A stretch of 64,000 nucleotides of DNA from Acidimicrobiaceae bacterium (GCA_009837445.1 VXTM01000039.1:6408-70407), one strand, 5' to 3'. Shown: positions 33,333 to 44,483, counted from the first letter of the stretch. A program made the numbers and translations. The notes: a model not told the origin generated them from the sequence alone.

Positions 33333-34919
33333 GTGCTGACCGAGCTCGCGGTCCGCAACCTCGGCGTCATCGAGGACATGGAGCTGGTCCTGGGGACTGG
33401 CATGACGGCGGTGACCGGAGAGACGGGCGCGGGCAAGACGCTGGTCGTCGGGGCCATCGACCTTCTGACCGGTGGCCGGGCCACTCCCGCGCTGGTGGGC
33501 CCCAGCGCGCCTGAGGCCGAGGTCGAGGGCCGGTTCGTCACCGGCGACCGCGAGACTGTGGTGCGCCGGGTCATCCCCGCCGACGGCCGGTCCCGGGCTT
33601 ACATCGACGGTCACCTGGCCACGGCGGCCGCGCTGGAGGAGCTGGGGCGCGACCTCGTCGACCTGCACGGCCAGCACACCCATCAGTCGCTGCTGAGAGG
33701 CCCCATCCAGCGGTCCGTCCTGGACAGCTTCGGCGCCGTCGACACCACGACGATGGCCGGCCTCGTCGATGAGTTGCGGTCCGTCGAGGCCGGCCTCGCC
33801 GCGCTCGGCGGCGACGCCCGGTCCCGGTTCCGCGAGATTGATCTTCTGCGCCACCAGCTCTCGGAGATCGACGGTGCCGCCATATCCGATCCCGGCGAGG
33901 ACGAGCGCCTCGACCGGGACGAGTCGGTGCTGGCCGATGCGGCCGCGCACCGCCAGGCTGCCGCCCATGCGGTGAGGCTGCTCAGCGCAGACGGCGAAGT
34001 GTCCGACGGGCTAGGTCGCGCCCAGGATGTCCTTGCCGGGCGGGAGCCCTTTGCCGGCCTTGTCTCCAGGATCGCGGATGCGTCGGCGGACATCGCCGAT
34101 ATCGCGGCGGAGGCAAGGGCCTGCCTGGACGCGATCACCGATGATCCAGCCGCCCTTGCCGCGCTGCGCGAGCGGCGGCAACTGCTGGCCGGTCTGCGGC
34201 GCAAGTACGGCTCCACTCTTCCAGAGGTGCTCGACTTCCGATCCGAGGCGGCACGACGGCTCGACGAGCTCGAGGGGTACGAGGCGAGAGCGGCCTCGCT
34301 GGAGGCGCGCCGGTCCGAGGTGACGGAGCGGCTCACCGCTGAACGGGCCCGTGTGCTGGTCGAGCGCTCCGAGGCCGCGCCCCGGCTAGCGGCAGTGGTC
34401 GAGTCGCGCCTGGCTGAGCTGGCCATGGGCGCCGCCTGCCTGAGCGTCGACGTCAGCGGCGATGCCGGCGAGCAGGTCTCGTTCCTGTTGGCGGCCAACC
34501 CTGGTCACGAGCCGCTGCCGCTGAGCCGGGTGGCCAGCGGGGGCGAGCTGGCCCGGACGATGCTGGCGCTGAGGCTGGTGCTGACCGCAGGACCGGAGAC
34601 CCTGATCTTCGATGAGGTCGACGCGGGCGTCGGCGGCACCGCGGCCCGAGCGGTGGGCCGCAGTCTGGCCGCGCTCAGCACCGACCACCAGGTGATCGTG
34701 GTGACCCATCTCCCGCAGGTGGCGGCCTACGCGGACCACCATGTGGCGCTGAAGAAGGCCGAGGTCGCAGGGTCGACTCGAGTGACGCTGCGCACCGTGG
34801 TCGGGGAGGACCGGCTGGTGGAGCTGTCGAGGATGCTCTCGGGGTCGCCCCAGTCCGCGTCGGCCCTGCAGCACGCCGAGGAACTGCTTGAATCCGCGGC
34901 CTCGCACCGGACGCTCTGA
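33333..34919 (+). CDS. recN: DNA repair protein RecN
   Basis: LAVRNLGVIEDMEL...VTGETGAGKT (Walker A), a long coiled-coil, and C-terminal SGGELARTMLAL...LIFDEVDAGVGG. Confidence 0.9.
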   Translation: MLTELAVRNLGVIEDMELVLGTGMTAVTGETGAGKTLVVGAIDLLTGGRATPALVGPSAPEAEVEGRFVTGDRETVVRRVIPADGRSRAYIDGHLATAAALEELGRDLVDLHGQHTHQSLLRGPIQRSVLDSFGAVDTTTMAGLVDELRSVEAGLAALGGDARSRFREIDLLRHQLSEIDGAAISDPGEDERLDRDESVLADAAAHRQAAAHAVRLLSADGEVSDGLGRAQDVLAGREPFAGLVSRIADASADIADIAAEARACLDAITDDPAALAALRERRQLLAGLRRKYGSTLPEVLDFRSEAARRLDELEGYEARAASLEARRSEVTERLTAERARVLVERSEAAPRLAAVVESRLAELAMGAACLSVDVSGDAGEQVSFLLAANPGHEPLPLSRVASGGELARTMLALRLVLTAGPETLIFDEVDAGVGGTAARAVGRSLAALSTDHQVIVVTHLPQVAAYADHHVALKKAEVAGSTRVTLRTVVGEDRLVELSRMLSGSPQSASALQHAEELLESAASHRTL

Positions 34920-34976
34920 GTTGACTCCCATCCGGTCCGCGGGGTGCCCGTGCTGGCGGGGTAGGGTGGGATCCCG

Positions 34977-36629
34977 ATGACAAAGCACGTCTTCGTCACC
35001 GGTGGTGTGGTCAGCGGACTGGGCAAGGGGCTGACCGGGGCCTCGCTGGGGCGCCTCCTCAAGGCGCGGGGCCTGCGGGTGACGATGCTCAAGCTCGACC
35101 CTTACCTCAACGTCGATCCGGGCACCATGAACCCGTTCGAGCACGGAGAGGTGTTCGTCACCGACGACGGCGGCGAGACCGACCTCGACCTCGGCCACTA
35201 CGAGCGCTTCATCGATGAGAGCCTCACATGCGAGTCCAACGGCACCACCGGGTCGATCTACTCGGAGGTCATCGCGTCGGAGCGCCGCGGCGACTACCTC
35301 GGCCGCACGGTGCAGGTCATTCCGCACGTGACCGACGAGATCAAGCGGCGCATCGCCCGGCTCGCCAGCGATGACGTCGATGTCGTCATCACCGAGTTGG
35401 GCGGCACTGTCGGCGACATCGAGATCCTCCCGTTCCTAGAGGCCATCCGGCAGTTCCGCCTCGACGTGGGCCGCGAGAACGTCTGTTTCGTTCACGTCAC
35501 CCTGGTTCCCTTCATCGGGCCCACCGGCGAGCAGAAGACCAAACCCACCCAGCACTCGGTGACCGAGCTCCGCTCGCGGGGCGTGCAGCCCGACGCCATC
35601 GTGTGCCGGTGCGAGACTCCCCTGACCAAGGAGCTAGAGCGCAAGATCTCCAACCTCTGTGACGTGTCCCCCGAGGCGGTGATCACCTGCGCCGACGCGG
35701 GCAGCCTGTACGAGATCCCGCTGATCCTGCACGGCGAGGGACTCGACAACGTGGTGTGCCGGCAGCTGGGCCTGGACCCCCACGACGTGGACCTGGCCGA
35801 GTGGGAGGCTCTGGTGGAGCGGATCCGGCTGGCCTCCGCGCCGGTGCGGATCGGCATGATCGGCAAGTACGTGAGTCTCCCGGACGCGTACCTGTCGGTC
35901 ATCGAGGCTCTCAACCACGCCGCGATCCACCACGGCGCCGACGTCGAGATCGAGTGGGTGCAGGCGGAGGAGGTAGAGGGGCTGCTCGTCGCCGGGCGCT
36001 TGCGCGACCTCGACGGGATCGTCATCCCGGGAGGCTTCGGCGAGCGGGGCATCGAGGGCAAGATCGCGGCTGCGGGCTATGCCCGCGAGAACCTGATCCC
36101 CTGCCTCGGCCTATGCCTGGGCATGCAGGTGATGACCATCGAGTACGCCCGCAATGCGCTCGGGCTGGCCGACGCCAACTCCACCGAGTTCGATGCCTTG
36201 ACCCCTCATCCGGTTATCGACCTGATGGACAGCCAGCGCGGCGTCACCGACTACGGCGGCACCATGCGACTCGGCGCGTACGTGGCCCAGCTGCTGCCCG
36301 GCTCGCAGGTCGCGGAGGCCTACGGCGAGGAGGTGGTGTCTGAGCGGCACCGCCACCGTTACGAGTTCAATCCCCGATACCGGACCCGCTTCGAAGCCTC
36401 CGACATGGTGCTCTGCGGCGAGTCGCCCGACGGGAGGCTGGTCGAGTTCGTCGAGCTAGAGGGCCACCCCTACTGGGTCGGCACCCAGGCCCACCCGGAG
36501 TTCAAGAGCCGCCCGAACCGGCCGGCGCCGCTGTTCAGCGGTCTGGTGGCCGCCGCCATGGTGAGGGCTGCGGGCCGCAATCCGCGGCTGCCGGAGATGA
36601 GCGACTACGAGCCTTCGGCTCCGGCGTGA
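34977..36629 (+). CDS. pyrG: CTP synthase
   Basis: [16 protein letters not shown] and the GATase domain GLCLGMQ...HRHRYEFN. Confidence 0.95.
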   Translation: MTKHVFVTGGVVSGLGKGLTGASLGRLLKARGLRVTMLKLDPYLNVDPGTMNPFEHGEVFVTDDGGETDLDLGHYERFIDESLTCESNGTTGSIYSEVIASERRGDYLGRTVQVIPHVTDEIKRRIARLASDDVDVVITELGGTVGDIEILPFLEAIRQFRLDVGRENVCFVHVTLVPFIGPTGEQKTKPTQHSVTELRSRGVQPDAIVCRCETPLTKELERKISNLCDVSPEAVITCADAGSLYEIPLILHGEGLDNVVCRQLGLDPHDVDLAEWEALVERIRLASAPVRIGMIGKYVSLPDAYLSVIEALNHAAIHHGADVEIEWVQAEEVEGLLVAGRLRDLDGIVIPGGFGERGIEGKIAAAGYARENLIPCLGLCLGMQVMTIEYARNALGLADANSTEFDALTPHPVIDLMDSQRGVTDYGGTMRLGAYVAQLLPGSQVAEAYGEEVVSERHRHRYEFNPRYRTRFEASDMVLCGESPDGRLVEFVELEGHPYWVGTQAHPEFKSRPNRPAPLFSGLVAAAMVRAAGRNPRLPEMSDYEPSAPA

Positions 36630-37225
36630 CGCCCTTGTCCGCGTCGCCTCGCGCCGCCGCGGACCGGTCCGGCACGGCGTCTGCAGCCGGCGCCTTCCGC
36701 AAGGTCACCGAGCGGGAGATACATGCCGGCCGGGTCGTGCGCCTCACCGAGAGCGTCTTCGCCACCCCCGACGGCGGGCGGATGACGCGGGACGTCGTGC
36801 ATCACCGCGGTGCCGTCGCGGTGGTGGCCGTCGACGGCGACGACGTCGTGCTCCTGCGGCAGTACCGCACGCCGGTGGAGGGTGAGCTGCTTGAGATCCC
36901 GGCTGGGACCCGCGACGTTGGCGGGGAGGATCCCGCCGGCACGGCCCGCCGGGAGCTGGCCGAGGAGGCCGGGCTGGCCTGCGAGTCGCTGGAGGAGTTG
37001 GGGACGTTCTTCAACTCGCCGGGCTTCTGCGACGAACTATCCCATGTCTTCCTGGCCACCGGGCTGTCCGAGGTGCCCCGCGAGCCCGACGGCGCCGAGG
37101 AGGAGTGGATGACGATCGAGCGGGTCGGCTTGGACGAGGCCATCGAGATGATCGATCAGGGCCAGATCCGTGACGCCAAGACCATCATCGGCCTGCTCCT
37201 GGCGCAACGCCGGCTGGAAGGGTGA
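36626..37225 (+). CDS. NUDIX hydrolase (ADP-ribose pyrophosphatase type)
   Basis: Nudix box [18 protein letters not shown]. The GTG start overlaps the pyrG stop. Confidence 0.85.
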   Translation: MTPLSASPRAAADRSGTASAAGAFRKVTEREIHAGRVVRLTESVFATPDGGRMTRDVVHHRGAVAVVAVDGDDVVLLRQYRTPVEGELLEIPAGTRDVGGEDPAGTARRELAEEAGLACESLEELGTFFNSPGFCDELSHVFLATGLSEVPREPDGAEEEWMTIERVGLDEAIEMIDQGQIRDAKTIIGLLLAQRRLEG

Positions 37226-38181
37226 GTCAGGTGGCCTCGTCGGCAGCCCCGCCGGTGGAGGCCGAGGCTGCCCTGGACGCTAGGGCCGAGGAGTTCCTGG
37301 CCTGGCTCGCAGTCGAGCGGGGCCGGTCGCCGCGGACTATCGAGGCCTACCGCCGTGACCTGCGCCGTTACAGCCAGCACCTCGTATCCGGCGGGCGCAG
37401 CCTCGACGAAGCGGGCCCGACCGACGTGGTGGCCTTCATCCGCTCGCTGCAAAGCGACGGCCTGGCTGCGGCCTCCGTCACCCGGATGCTCGTGTCGGTG
37501 CGCGGGCTCCACCGCTTCCTGGCCGCTGAGGGCCACCGGGCCGACGACCCGACGGCCGACGTGGAGATCCCGAGCCTTCCCCGGGGCCTTCCCAAGGCCC
37601 TGTCGGTCGCGCAGGTCGGCTCGCTGATGGACGTGGTCGTTGGCGACGACCCGGTGGCCCGCCGGGATCGGGCCGTGCTGGAGGTGCTCTACGGCACCGG
37701 CTGCCGGATCTCGGAGGCCGGTTCGCTGTCGCTGGCCGACGTGGACCTCCACGACGGTCTGGTGCGGGTCACCGGCAAGGGGGCGAGGGAGCGGATCGTC
37801 CCCCTCGGCCGGTGCGCGGCCACCGCGCTGGAGCGCTGGCTGACGCCGGAGGGCCGCGGCGCACTGGAGCCGGAACTCTGGGCCCGCCGGGGCGACGCCG
37901 AGGCGGTGTTCCTGAACCAGCGGGGCGGGCGTCTCAGCCGCCAGGGCCTGTGGCTGGTGGTGCACCGTCACGGCGACGCGGCCGGCATCGGCTCGCTGCT
38001 GACGCCGCATGTACTGCGCCACTCCTGTGCCACCCACATGCTCGACGGCGGGGCCGACATCCGCTTCGTGCAGGAGATGCTGGGCCACGCCTCCATCTCC
38101 ACCACCCAGATCTACACCCGCGTTTCGACCGAGCGCCTGCGGGCCGTCTACCGGGCCGCCCACCCCCGCGCCGTGGCCTGA
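37222..38181 (+). CDS. xerD: Site-specific tyrosine recombinase XerD
   Basis: LYGTGCRISEA and HVLRHSCATHMLDGGADIRFVQEMLGHASISTTQIYT. The nudix-xerD context is conserved. Confidence 0.9.
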   Translation: MSQVASSAAPPVEAEAALDARAEEFLAWLAVERGRSPRTIEAYRRDLRRYSQHLVSGGRSLDEAGPTDVVAFIRSLQSDGLAAASVTRMLVSVRGLHRFLAAEGHRADDPTADVEIPSLPRGLPKALSVAQVGSLMDVVVGDDPVARRDRAVLEVLYGTGCRISEAGSLSLADVDLHDGLVRVTGKGARERIVPLGRCAATALERWLTPEGRGALEPELWARRGDAEAVFLNQRGGRLSRQGLWLVVHRHGDAAGIGSLLTPHVLRHSCATHMLDGGADIRFVQEMLGHASISTTQIYTRVSTERLRAVYRAAHPRAVA

Positions 38182-38188
38182 AGCTCAG

Positions 38189-39172
38189 CTACGGCGCCAG
38201 CAGGCCGATGTTGGTGCGGGCCCTCTCCAGGGTGACCGCAGCGATGGCCTGGGCCTTGTCGGCGCCGATCTTCAGGAGCCGGGACGTCTCGGCAGGATCG
38301 GCCTCCAGCTCGGCGAAACGGGTCTGGATGGGGCGCAGCAGCTCCACCACCGCGTCGGCGGTCTCGGCCTTGAGGGGCCCGTACATCGAGTAGCCCTCGG
38401 CGGCCTCCTCGGGAGTCCGGCCGGTGGCCGCCCCCAGGATCGACAGAAGATTCGACACCCCGGGCTTGGCCTTGATGTCGTAGCGGACCTCTGACTCGCT
38501 GTCGGTGACCGCAGCCTTGATCTTGCGGACGATGTCGGCCGGATCGTCCAGCAGGTCCACCGTTCCCCGGGGCGAGTCCAGCGACTTCGACATCTTGTTG
38601 GTGGGGTGCTGCAGGTCCATCACCCGGGCTCCGGCTGCCGGGACGACCGCTTCGGGAGGTTTGAAGGTCGGCCCGTAGCGGGAGTTGAACCGGTCGGCGA
38701 TGTCGCGGGTGAGCTCGATGTGCTGGCGCTGGTCGTCCCCTACCGGCACCTCGTCAGCGTCGTAGAGCAGGATGTCGGCCGCCTGGAGCGCGGGATAGGT
38801 GAACAGCCCGGCCGAGATGAACTCCTGCTGATTCGACTTGTCCTTGAACTGGGTCATCCGGCTGAGCTCGCCGAACGACACCGTGCACTCCAGCAGCCAG
38901 GCGCACTCGGTGTGCTCCCGCACGTGGCTCTGGACGAAGATCGTGCAGACCTCGGGGTCGAGGCCGCCGGCCATCAGCATCTGCGACATGCGCAGGGTCG
39001 CCTTACCGAGCTCGCCGGGCTCCTGGGGCACCGTGACCGCGTGAAGGTCCACCACGGGGTGGAAGGCGTCGGCGGTGTGCTGGATCCGGGCCCAGTTGCG
39101 GATCGCCCCCAGGTAGTTGCCGAGGTGAAGGTCACCGCTGGGCTGGATGCCGGAGAGGACCCGGGTGGTCAT
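38189..39172 (-). CDS. trpS: Tryptophan--tRNA ligase
   Basis: SGIQPSGDLHLGNYLG (HIGH-type) and KMSKS. The start was taken at MTTRVLSG (ATG at 39172); the rest of the 873-aa ORF is antisense artefact over scpA/scpB. Confidence 0.9.
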   Translation of the reverse strand: MTTRVLSGIQPSGDLHLGNYLGAIRNWARIQHTADAFHPVVDLHAVTVPQEPGELGKATLRMSQMLMAGGLDPEVCTIFVQSHVREHTECAWLLECTVSFGELSRMTQFKDKSNQQEFISAGLFTYPALQAADILLYDADEVPVGDDQRQHIELTRDIADRFNSRYGPTFKPPEAVVPAAGARVMDLQHPTNKMSKSLDSPRGTVDLLDDPADIVRKIKAAVTDSESEVRYDIKAKPGVSNLLSILGAATGRTPEEAAEGYSMYGPLKAETADAVVELLRPIQTRFAELEADPAETSRLLKIGADKAQAIAAVTLERARTNIGLLAP

Positions 39173-39205
39173 GGAGCGCCAGCGTACGGCACTAATCTCG
39201 TCCTG

Positions 39206-39994
39206 ATGGCCTACGAGGTGTCCACCGCCGCGTACAGCGGGCCCTTCGACTTGCTCCTGCAGCTCATCCTGCGCGAGCAGGTGGAGATATACGACATCCC
39301 GATCGCCCGCATCACGGACGCCTTCCTGGCCGAGATCGACCGGATGCCGGAGTGCGACCTGGACGTGGCCACCGAGTTCCTGCTGATCGCGGCCACTCTC
39401 GTGGACATGAAGGTCAAGCGGATGCTGCCCACCGACACCGTCGTCGAGCTCGACGACGAGCTGGACGGGATCTCGGAGCGGGACCTGCTCCTGGCCCGGC
39501 TGTCGGAGTGCGCCATGTTCCGCCACGCATCGGAGAGGCTGCGCCACATGTTGGAGGTCGCGGCCCTCAGCCGGCCCCGCCGGGTGGGCGCCACCGAGGA
39601 ACGCTGGCTGCTGCTGGTCCCCTCCATCCTGGATGCGGTCTCGCCCACCGAGATACGGGCCGCCTGCCTGCGGGCCGCGGCGCCCACTCCCACCCCCCGG
39701 GTCGACATCGCCCACATCACGCCGATCTCTGTGACGGTGGGCGATGCCGTCGCCGAGCTGGTCGAGGAGCTGGCCCGGACCCAGCGGATCACCTTCCGCC
39801 GCCTCACCTCCGACATCGATGACCGCATCGGGCTGGTGGTGCGATTCCTCGCGCTCCTGGAGCTGGTCAAGCAGGGGCTGGCCGATGTCGAGCAGGCCAC
39901 CACGTTCGGCGACATCGTCGTGGTGTGGACCGGGGGCGACGACACCGAGGTCCGGCAGGCCGCCATCGCGGGCGCCGACGTCTACGAGGGCTGA
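39206..39994 (+). CDS. scpA: Segregation and condensation protein A
   Basis: YSGPFDLLLQLILREQVEIYDIPIARITDAFL is a typical ScpA N-terminus. The start was taken at the ATG at 39206. Confidence 0.85.
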   Translation: MAYEVSTAAYSGPFDLLLQLILREQVEIYDIPIARITDAFLAEIDRMPECDLDVATEFLLIAATLVDMKVKRMLPTDTVVELDDELDGISERDLLLARLSECAMFRHASERLRHMLEVAALSRPRRVGATEERWLLLVPSILDAVSPTEIRAACLRAAAPTPTPRVDIAHITPISVTVGDAVAELVEELARTQRITFRRLTSDIDDRIGLVVRFLALLELVKQGLADVEQATTFGDIVVVWTGGDDTEVRQAAIAGADVYEG

Positions 39995-40009
39995 GGGATC
40001 GAGTATCCG

Positions 40010-40648
40010 ATGAGCGGACCCGCCGGCGTCGACACCACTGGTGCCCCCGGGATTGGCGCAGCCCTCGAAGCGGTGCTGCTGCTGGCGGAGGAGCCGGTGC
40101 CGGCGTCCGTGCTGGCCGGCGTTCTGGAAACCTCGACCGAGCGGGTGCGGGCCGCCTGCGAGGAACTGGCCGAACAGTACGAGTCCCAGGGCCGGGGCTT
40201 CGTGCTGGCCAGGGTGGCCGGCGGCTACCGCTTCCAGACCGCTCCCGCCCAGGACGCCTACGTGGAGCGGTTCGTGCGCGAGGGCCACAGTGCCCGGCTC
40301 TCGGCTGCCGCGCTCGAGACGCTGGCCGTCGTCGCCTACAAGCAGCCGGTGTCGCGCCACCAGGTCGCCGAGATCAGGGGAGTGAACGTGGACGGCGTCA
40401 TGAGGACCCTCCGGCGCCGCGGCTACATCGACGAGATCGCCCGGGCCCCCGGCCCTGGTCAGGCGGTGCTCTACGGGACGACGCCCCAGTTCCTCGAGCA
40501 CCTTGGACTGGACTCCCTCCAAGACCTGCCGCCGCTGAGCGACTTCGTGCCGGACCCCGCAGAGGTGGAGGCCATGGAGAGCCGCCTCCGGCTGGTGCCC
40601 GATCCCAGCGGACCGGATCCGGGCGGGCCCGGCGACGGCCACCAGTGA
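40010..40648 (+). CDS. scpB: Segregation and condensation protein B
   Basis: LEAVLLLAEEPV...GRGFVLARVAGGYRFQT...LETLAVVAYKQPVSR, directly after scpA. Confidence 0.85.
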   Translation: MSGPAGVDTTGAPGIGAALEAVLLLAEEPVPASVLAGVLETSTERVRAACEELAEQYESQGRGFVLARVAGGYRFQTAPAQDAYVERFVREGHSARLSAAALETLAVVAYKQPVSRHQVAEIRGVNVDGVMRTLRRRGYIDEIARAPGPGQAVLYGTTPQFLEHLGLDSLQDLPPLSDFVPDPAEVEAMESRLRLVPDPSGPDPGGPGDGHQ

Positions 40649-40652
40649 ATCC

Positions 40653-41426
40653 GTGCCGGGTCGGTACACCCCGGTGAGCGCCGGCGAGGGCGAGCGGCTC
40701 CAGAAGGTCCTGGCCCGGTGCGGGATCGGCAGCCGCCGGGTCTGCGAGTCCCTCATCTCCGATGGGCGGGTGACCGTCGACGGTGACGTCGCCCGGCTCG
40801 GAGACCGCATCGATCCGGCCCGGTGCGTTGTGGAGGTGGACGGGACGGTCGTCGGCGTGCGGCCCGACCTGGTCCACTACCTGCTCAACAAGCCCCGCGG
40901 CGTGGTCACCACCGCGCACGACCCGCAGGGCAGGCCCACCGTCACGGGCCTCGTCCCCGCCGAGCCGCGTGTCTTCCCGGTCGGGCGTCTCGACCTGTTG
41001 ACCGAGGGCTTGCTGCTCCTCACCAACGACGGCGATCTGGCCCACCGGCTCACCCACCCGTCGTTCGGCATCGAGAAGGAGTACCTGGCTCACGTGTCCG
41101 GCTCGCCCCGGCCGGCCGCCGTGCGGGCCCTTCGCCAGGGCGTGGAACTCGACGACGGCCCCACCGCGCCGGCACGGGTCGCCCTGGTCGAGCCGGATGT
41201 GCTGCGCATCACCGTCCGCGAGGGCCGCAACCGGCTGGTACGCCGGATGTGCGAGGAGGTGGGGCACCCCGTCCGCCGCCTGGTCCGGACCAGGATCGGG
41301 CCGCTGGCCGATCGGCGCCTCCAGCCGGGAAGCTGGCGGTCGCTGACCCTCGCGGAGGCAAGGTCGCTCGAAAAGGCCGCCAACCCCGTTACAAACCCGT
41401 CCGAGGCTGGGCGGTCGCACCGGTAG
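40653..41426 (+). CDS. rluB: Pseudouridine synthase (RluB/RsuA family)
   Basis: An S4 domain (RLQKVLARCGIGSRRVCESLISDGRVTVDG) and the catalytic GRLDLLTEGLLLLTNDG. Confidence 0.9.
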   Translation: MPGRYTPVSAGEGERLQKVLARCGIGSRRVCESLISDGRVTVDGDVARLGDRIDPARCVVEVDGTVVGVRPDLVHYLLNKPRGVVTTAHDPQGRPTVTGLVPAEPRVFPVGRLDLLTEGLLLLTNDGDLAHRLTHPSFGIEKEYLAHVSGSPRPAAVRALRQGVELDDGPTAPARVALVEPDVLRITVREGRNRLVRRMCEEVGHPVRRLVRTRIGPLADRRLQPGSWRSLTLAEARSLEKAANPVTNPSEAGRSHR

Positions 41427-41437
41427 CATCGCCGTCC

Positions 41438-42502
41438 ATGGCCCCAACTCGAAGCGCCATCATCGCCGGCACGGGTCTGATCGGCGGGTCGGTGGGCATG
41501 GCCCTGCGCAAGGCGGGGTGGCATGTGACCGGCATCGAGCCCGACGCCGAGCGCGCCGAGGCCGCGGTGGCTGCCGGCGCGGTCGACGTGATCGGTGAGG
41601 CCGGGCCGTGCGACTTGGCGGTGGCCGCTACGCCGCCCTCGTCGCTGGCCGCGGTCGTCCAGCAGTTGCTCGACGCCGGAGCGGCCATCGTGACCGATGT
41701 CGGCAGCGTGAAGGCGCCCGTCGTCGCGGCAGTCAGCGATCCGAGGTTCGTCGGCGGCCATCCCATGGCGGGCAGCGAGCAGGACGGCCTGACCGGAGCC
41801 GATCCGGACCTGTTCCGCGACGCGGTCTGGGTTCTCACGCCCACAGGAACCACCGACGACGCGGCCCTTGCCCAGGTGCGCGAAGTGGTGTCCGGGCTTG
41901 GTGCCCAGGTGATCGCGCTGGCGCCCGAGCGCCATGACGCGCTGGTGGCCGTCGTCTCGCACGTACCCCACCTCACCGCGGCCGTGCTGATGCGCATCGC
42001 CGAGGAACGGTCGACCGAGCACCGGGCCCTGCTGCGGCTCGCGGCTGGCGGCTTCCGGGACATGACCAGGGTGGCCGCGGGCCATCCCGCCATCTGGCCC
42101 GAGATCTGTGCCGAGAACAGGACGGCGATCACCGACGTGCTCGACGAGTTGCTCGACGAGCTCGTCGAGATGCGCCTGATCGTGTCCGGGGGCGACCGCG
42201 ACGAGCTGCTGGCCCGGCTCGAGGCCGCCCGGGACAGCCGCCGGAGCCTGTCGGTGGGTGCCCCCGACCTCTCGCGGCTCACCGAGGTGCGGATCGCGAT
42301 ACGCGATCAGAAGGGCGAACTGGCCCGGATCACCACGCTGGCGGCCGACCTGGACGTGAACATCTACGACCTCGAGATCGCCCACTCCGCGGAAGGGCCA
42401 CGCGGCGTCGTACTGGCCGTGGTGGAGAGCGACGGGGCCGAGCAGTTCGCCCAGGGCCTGGTCGAGGCCGGGTACCGCCCCTCACTGAACCCGCTCGAAT
42501 GA
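41438..42502 (+). CDS. tyrA: Prephenate dehydrogenase with C-terminal ACT-like domain
   Basis: Rossmann IIAGTGLIGGS, GGHPMAGSE, and an ACT-like C-terminal region. The start was taken at the ATG at 41438 within the longer ORF. Confidence 0.85.
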   Translation: MAPTRSAIIAGTGLIGGSVGMALRKAGWHVTGIEPDAERAEAAVAAGAVDVIGEAGPCDLAVAATPPSSLAAVVQQLLDAGAAIVTDVGSVKAPVVAAVSDPRFVGGHPMAGSEQDGLTGADPDLFRDAVWVLTPTGTTDDAALAQVREVVSGLGAQVIALAPERHDALVAVVSHVPHLTAAVLMRIAEERSTEHRALLRLAAGGFRDMTRVAAGHPAIWPEICAENRTAITDVLDELLDELVEMRLIVSGGDRDELLARLEAARDSRRSLSVGAPDLSRLTEVRIAIRDQKGELARITTLAADLDVNIYDLEIAHSAEGPRGVVLAVVESDGAEQFAQGLVEAGYRPSLNPLE

Positions 42503-43821
42503 GAGACCGCTGGCCCCCGGCCCTGGCCATCGCTCCGCTGGAGGCCCCGCCGGATCTGGCGGTGAGGCTCCCGGGCTCCAAGAGCATTACGAACCGGGCC
42601 CTGGTGTGCGCCGCGCAGGCGCCCGGTGAGACCACGCTGGCGGGAGCGCTGTTCGCCGACGACACCGAGGCCATGGTCGAGGCGGTCAGGACGCTCGGCG
42701 CCGAGGTCGCATGCGATCCCGGCGCGGCCACTATGCGGGTCCGGGGCACGGGCGCAGTCGACACCGCCTCGGATGCGGTCATCAACGCCCGCATGTCGGG
42801 CACCACCGGCCGCTTCGTGGCGCCGCTGGCGGCCCTTTCGGAGCACGGTGTCACCCTCGACGGTCATCCCCAGTTGCGGACCCGGCCCTTCGGCGATCTA
42901 GCCGACGCGCTGCGCCACCTGGGGGTGAGCGTGGAGTTCCCCGGCGGTGGCGACGGCCTGCCCATGCGGATCCGGGGACCGATTCGCGCCCGCTCAGCCC
43001 CCGTCGCCGGCGACCGCTCCAGCCAGTTCCTGTCCGGGCTGATGATGGCCGCCCCGGCCGTGCCCGGGGGAATGAGGCTGCCCGTCGTTGGACCGGCTGT
43101 GAGCCAGTCGTACGTGGAGATGACGGCTGCGGTCATGAGGACCTTCGGCGCGTCCGTCAGGGTCGAGCCGGGACTCGTGCAGGTCGCGGGAGGCGGTTAC
43201 CGGCCGGTCGAGCGTTTCGCGGTGGAGCCCGACGCCTCGTCGGCCTCGTACTTCATGGCCGCGGCCGCAGTAACCCGGGGCACGGTGCGGATCGAGGGAC
43301 TGGGCGCAGGCTCGATCCAGGGCGACACCGGCTTCGCGGGAGTCTTGGAATCCATGGGGGCGTCAGTGGCCCAGGACGAGGCCAGCACCACGGTGACCGG
43401 CGGCCCACTGCGGGGTGTGGACATCGATCTGGCCGACATGTCCGACACCGCCCCCACGCTGGCCGCGGTGGCCGCCCTCGCGGATACGCCGACCAGAGTG
43501 CGGGGCATCGGGTTCGTGCGGGGCAAGGAGAGCGACCGGATCGCGGCCGTGGTCACGGAGCTGACCCGCTGCGGAGTCGAGGCCCGCGAACTCGAAGACG
43601 GGTTCGAGGTGGTGCCGGGCGCGGCGGTGACCGGTACCCGGGTCCGGACCTACGACGATCATCGCATCGCCATGGCCTTCGCGGTGCTGGGGCTGGTTGT
43701 GCCCGGCATGGAGATTGAGAACCCCGGCTGTGTCGCCAAGACGTTCCCGGGCTTCTACGAGGCGCTGGACGGGCTGCGCCCCGGCCAAGAGAGTCGGTCC
43801 CGCGGGAGTCGATCGGCGTGA
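42499..43821 (+). CDS. aroA: 3-phosphoshikimate 1-carboxyvinyltransferase (EPSP synthase)
   Basis: LPGSKSITNRAL, MSDTAPTLAAVAA, DHRIAMAF. Confidence 0.95.
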   Translation: MRDRWPPALAIAPLEAPPDLAVRLPGSKSITNRALVCAAQAPGETTLAGALFADDTEAMVEAVRTLGAEVACDPGAATMRVRGTGAVDTASDAVINARMSGTTGRFVAPLAALSEHGVTLDGHPQLRTRPFGDLADALRHLGVSVEFPGGGDGLPMRIRGPIRARSAPVAGDRSSQFLSGLMMAAPAVPGGMRLPVVGPAVSQSYVEMTAAVMRTFGASVRVEPGLVQVAGGGYRPVERFAVEPDASSASYFMAAAAVTRGTVRIEGLGAGSIQGDTGFAGVLESMGASVAQDEASTTVTGGPLRGVDIDLADMSDTAPTLAAVAALADTPTRVRGIGFVRGKESDRIAAVVTELTRCGVEARELEDGFEVVPGAAVTGTRVRTYDDHRIAMAFAVLGLVVPGMEIENPGCVAKTFPGFYEALDGLRPGQESRSRGSRSA

Positions 43822-44483
43822 GGGTCATCGCCATCGACGGCCCCGCCGGCTCCGGCAAGTCCACCCTGGCGCAGGCAGTGGCCGATCGGCTGGGCCTCGA
43901 ATGCCTCGACACCGGAGCCATGTACCGCGCCGTCGCCTTCGCGGTGCTGCGGGCCGGCGGCGATCCCTCCGATGACGATTTCGCGGCCGCAGTGGCCCGG
44001 ACGATCGACGTCACCGTCGACGCCGGGCAGGTTGTGGTCGACGGAGTCGATGCCACCGTCGAGATCAGGGGGTCGTCTGTCGACCGGGCCGTGAGCCTGG
44101 TGGCCGCCAATCCCGAGGTGCGCGCCGAGCTGGTGGTCCGCCAGCGAGAGTGGGTCCGGCGGCGGGGCGGGGGAGTGGTGGAGGGCCGAGACATCGGCAC
44201 CGTCGTGTTCCCCGATGCCGAGGTCAAGGTCCATCTCGTCGCGGATCCCGCAGTGAGGGCCCAGCGAAGGGTCGACCAGGGCGGCACGCCGGTGACGGGG
44301 GACGGCGCCGGACGCACCTACGACGAAGCCGTCGAATCCGTGGCCACCGACATCGCCCGAAGGGACCGGATCGACTCCACACGGCAGGCCTCCCCGCTGC
44401 TGAAGGCCCCCGGAGCGGTCGTCATCGACACCACCGGGCTGACCTTCGACGAGACCGTCGAGCAGGTCATGAGGCTGCTTTGA
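43818..44483 (+). CDS. cmk: Cytidylate kinase
   Basis: IAIDGPAGSGKST and LDTGAMYRAV. The GTG start overlaps the aroA stop. Confidence 0.9.
   Translation: MRVIAIDGPAGSGKSTLAQAVADRLGLECLDTGAMYRAVAFAVLRAGGDPSDDDFAAAVARTIDVTVDAGQVVVDGVDATVEIRGSSVDRAVSLVAANPEVRAELVVRQREWVRRRGGGVVEGRDIGTVVFPDAEVKVHLVADPAVRAQRRVDQGGTPVTGDGAGRTYDEAVESVATDIARRDRIDSTRQASPLLKAPGAVVIDTTGLTFDETVEQVMRLL

Noticed and set aside
31734-33968. 744-aa minus-strand ORF
   Set aside because: It is antisense to tlyA, nadK and recN, all of which have strong motifs. The translation is Gly/Arg/Ala/Val/Pro-rich.
38189-40810. 873-aa minus-strand ORF
   Set aside because: Only the last 327 codons are TrpS. The remainder is antisense to scpA and scpB.
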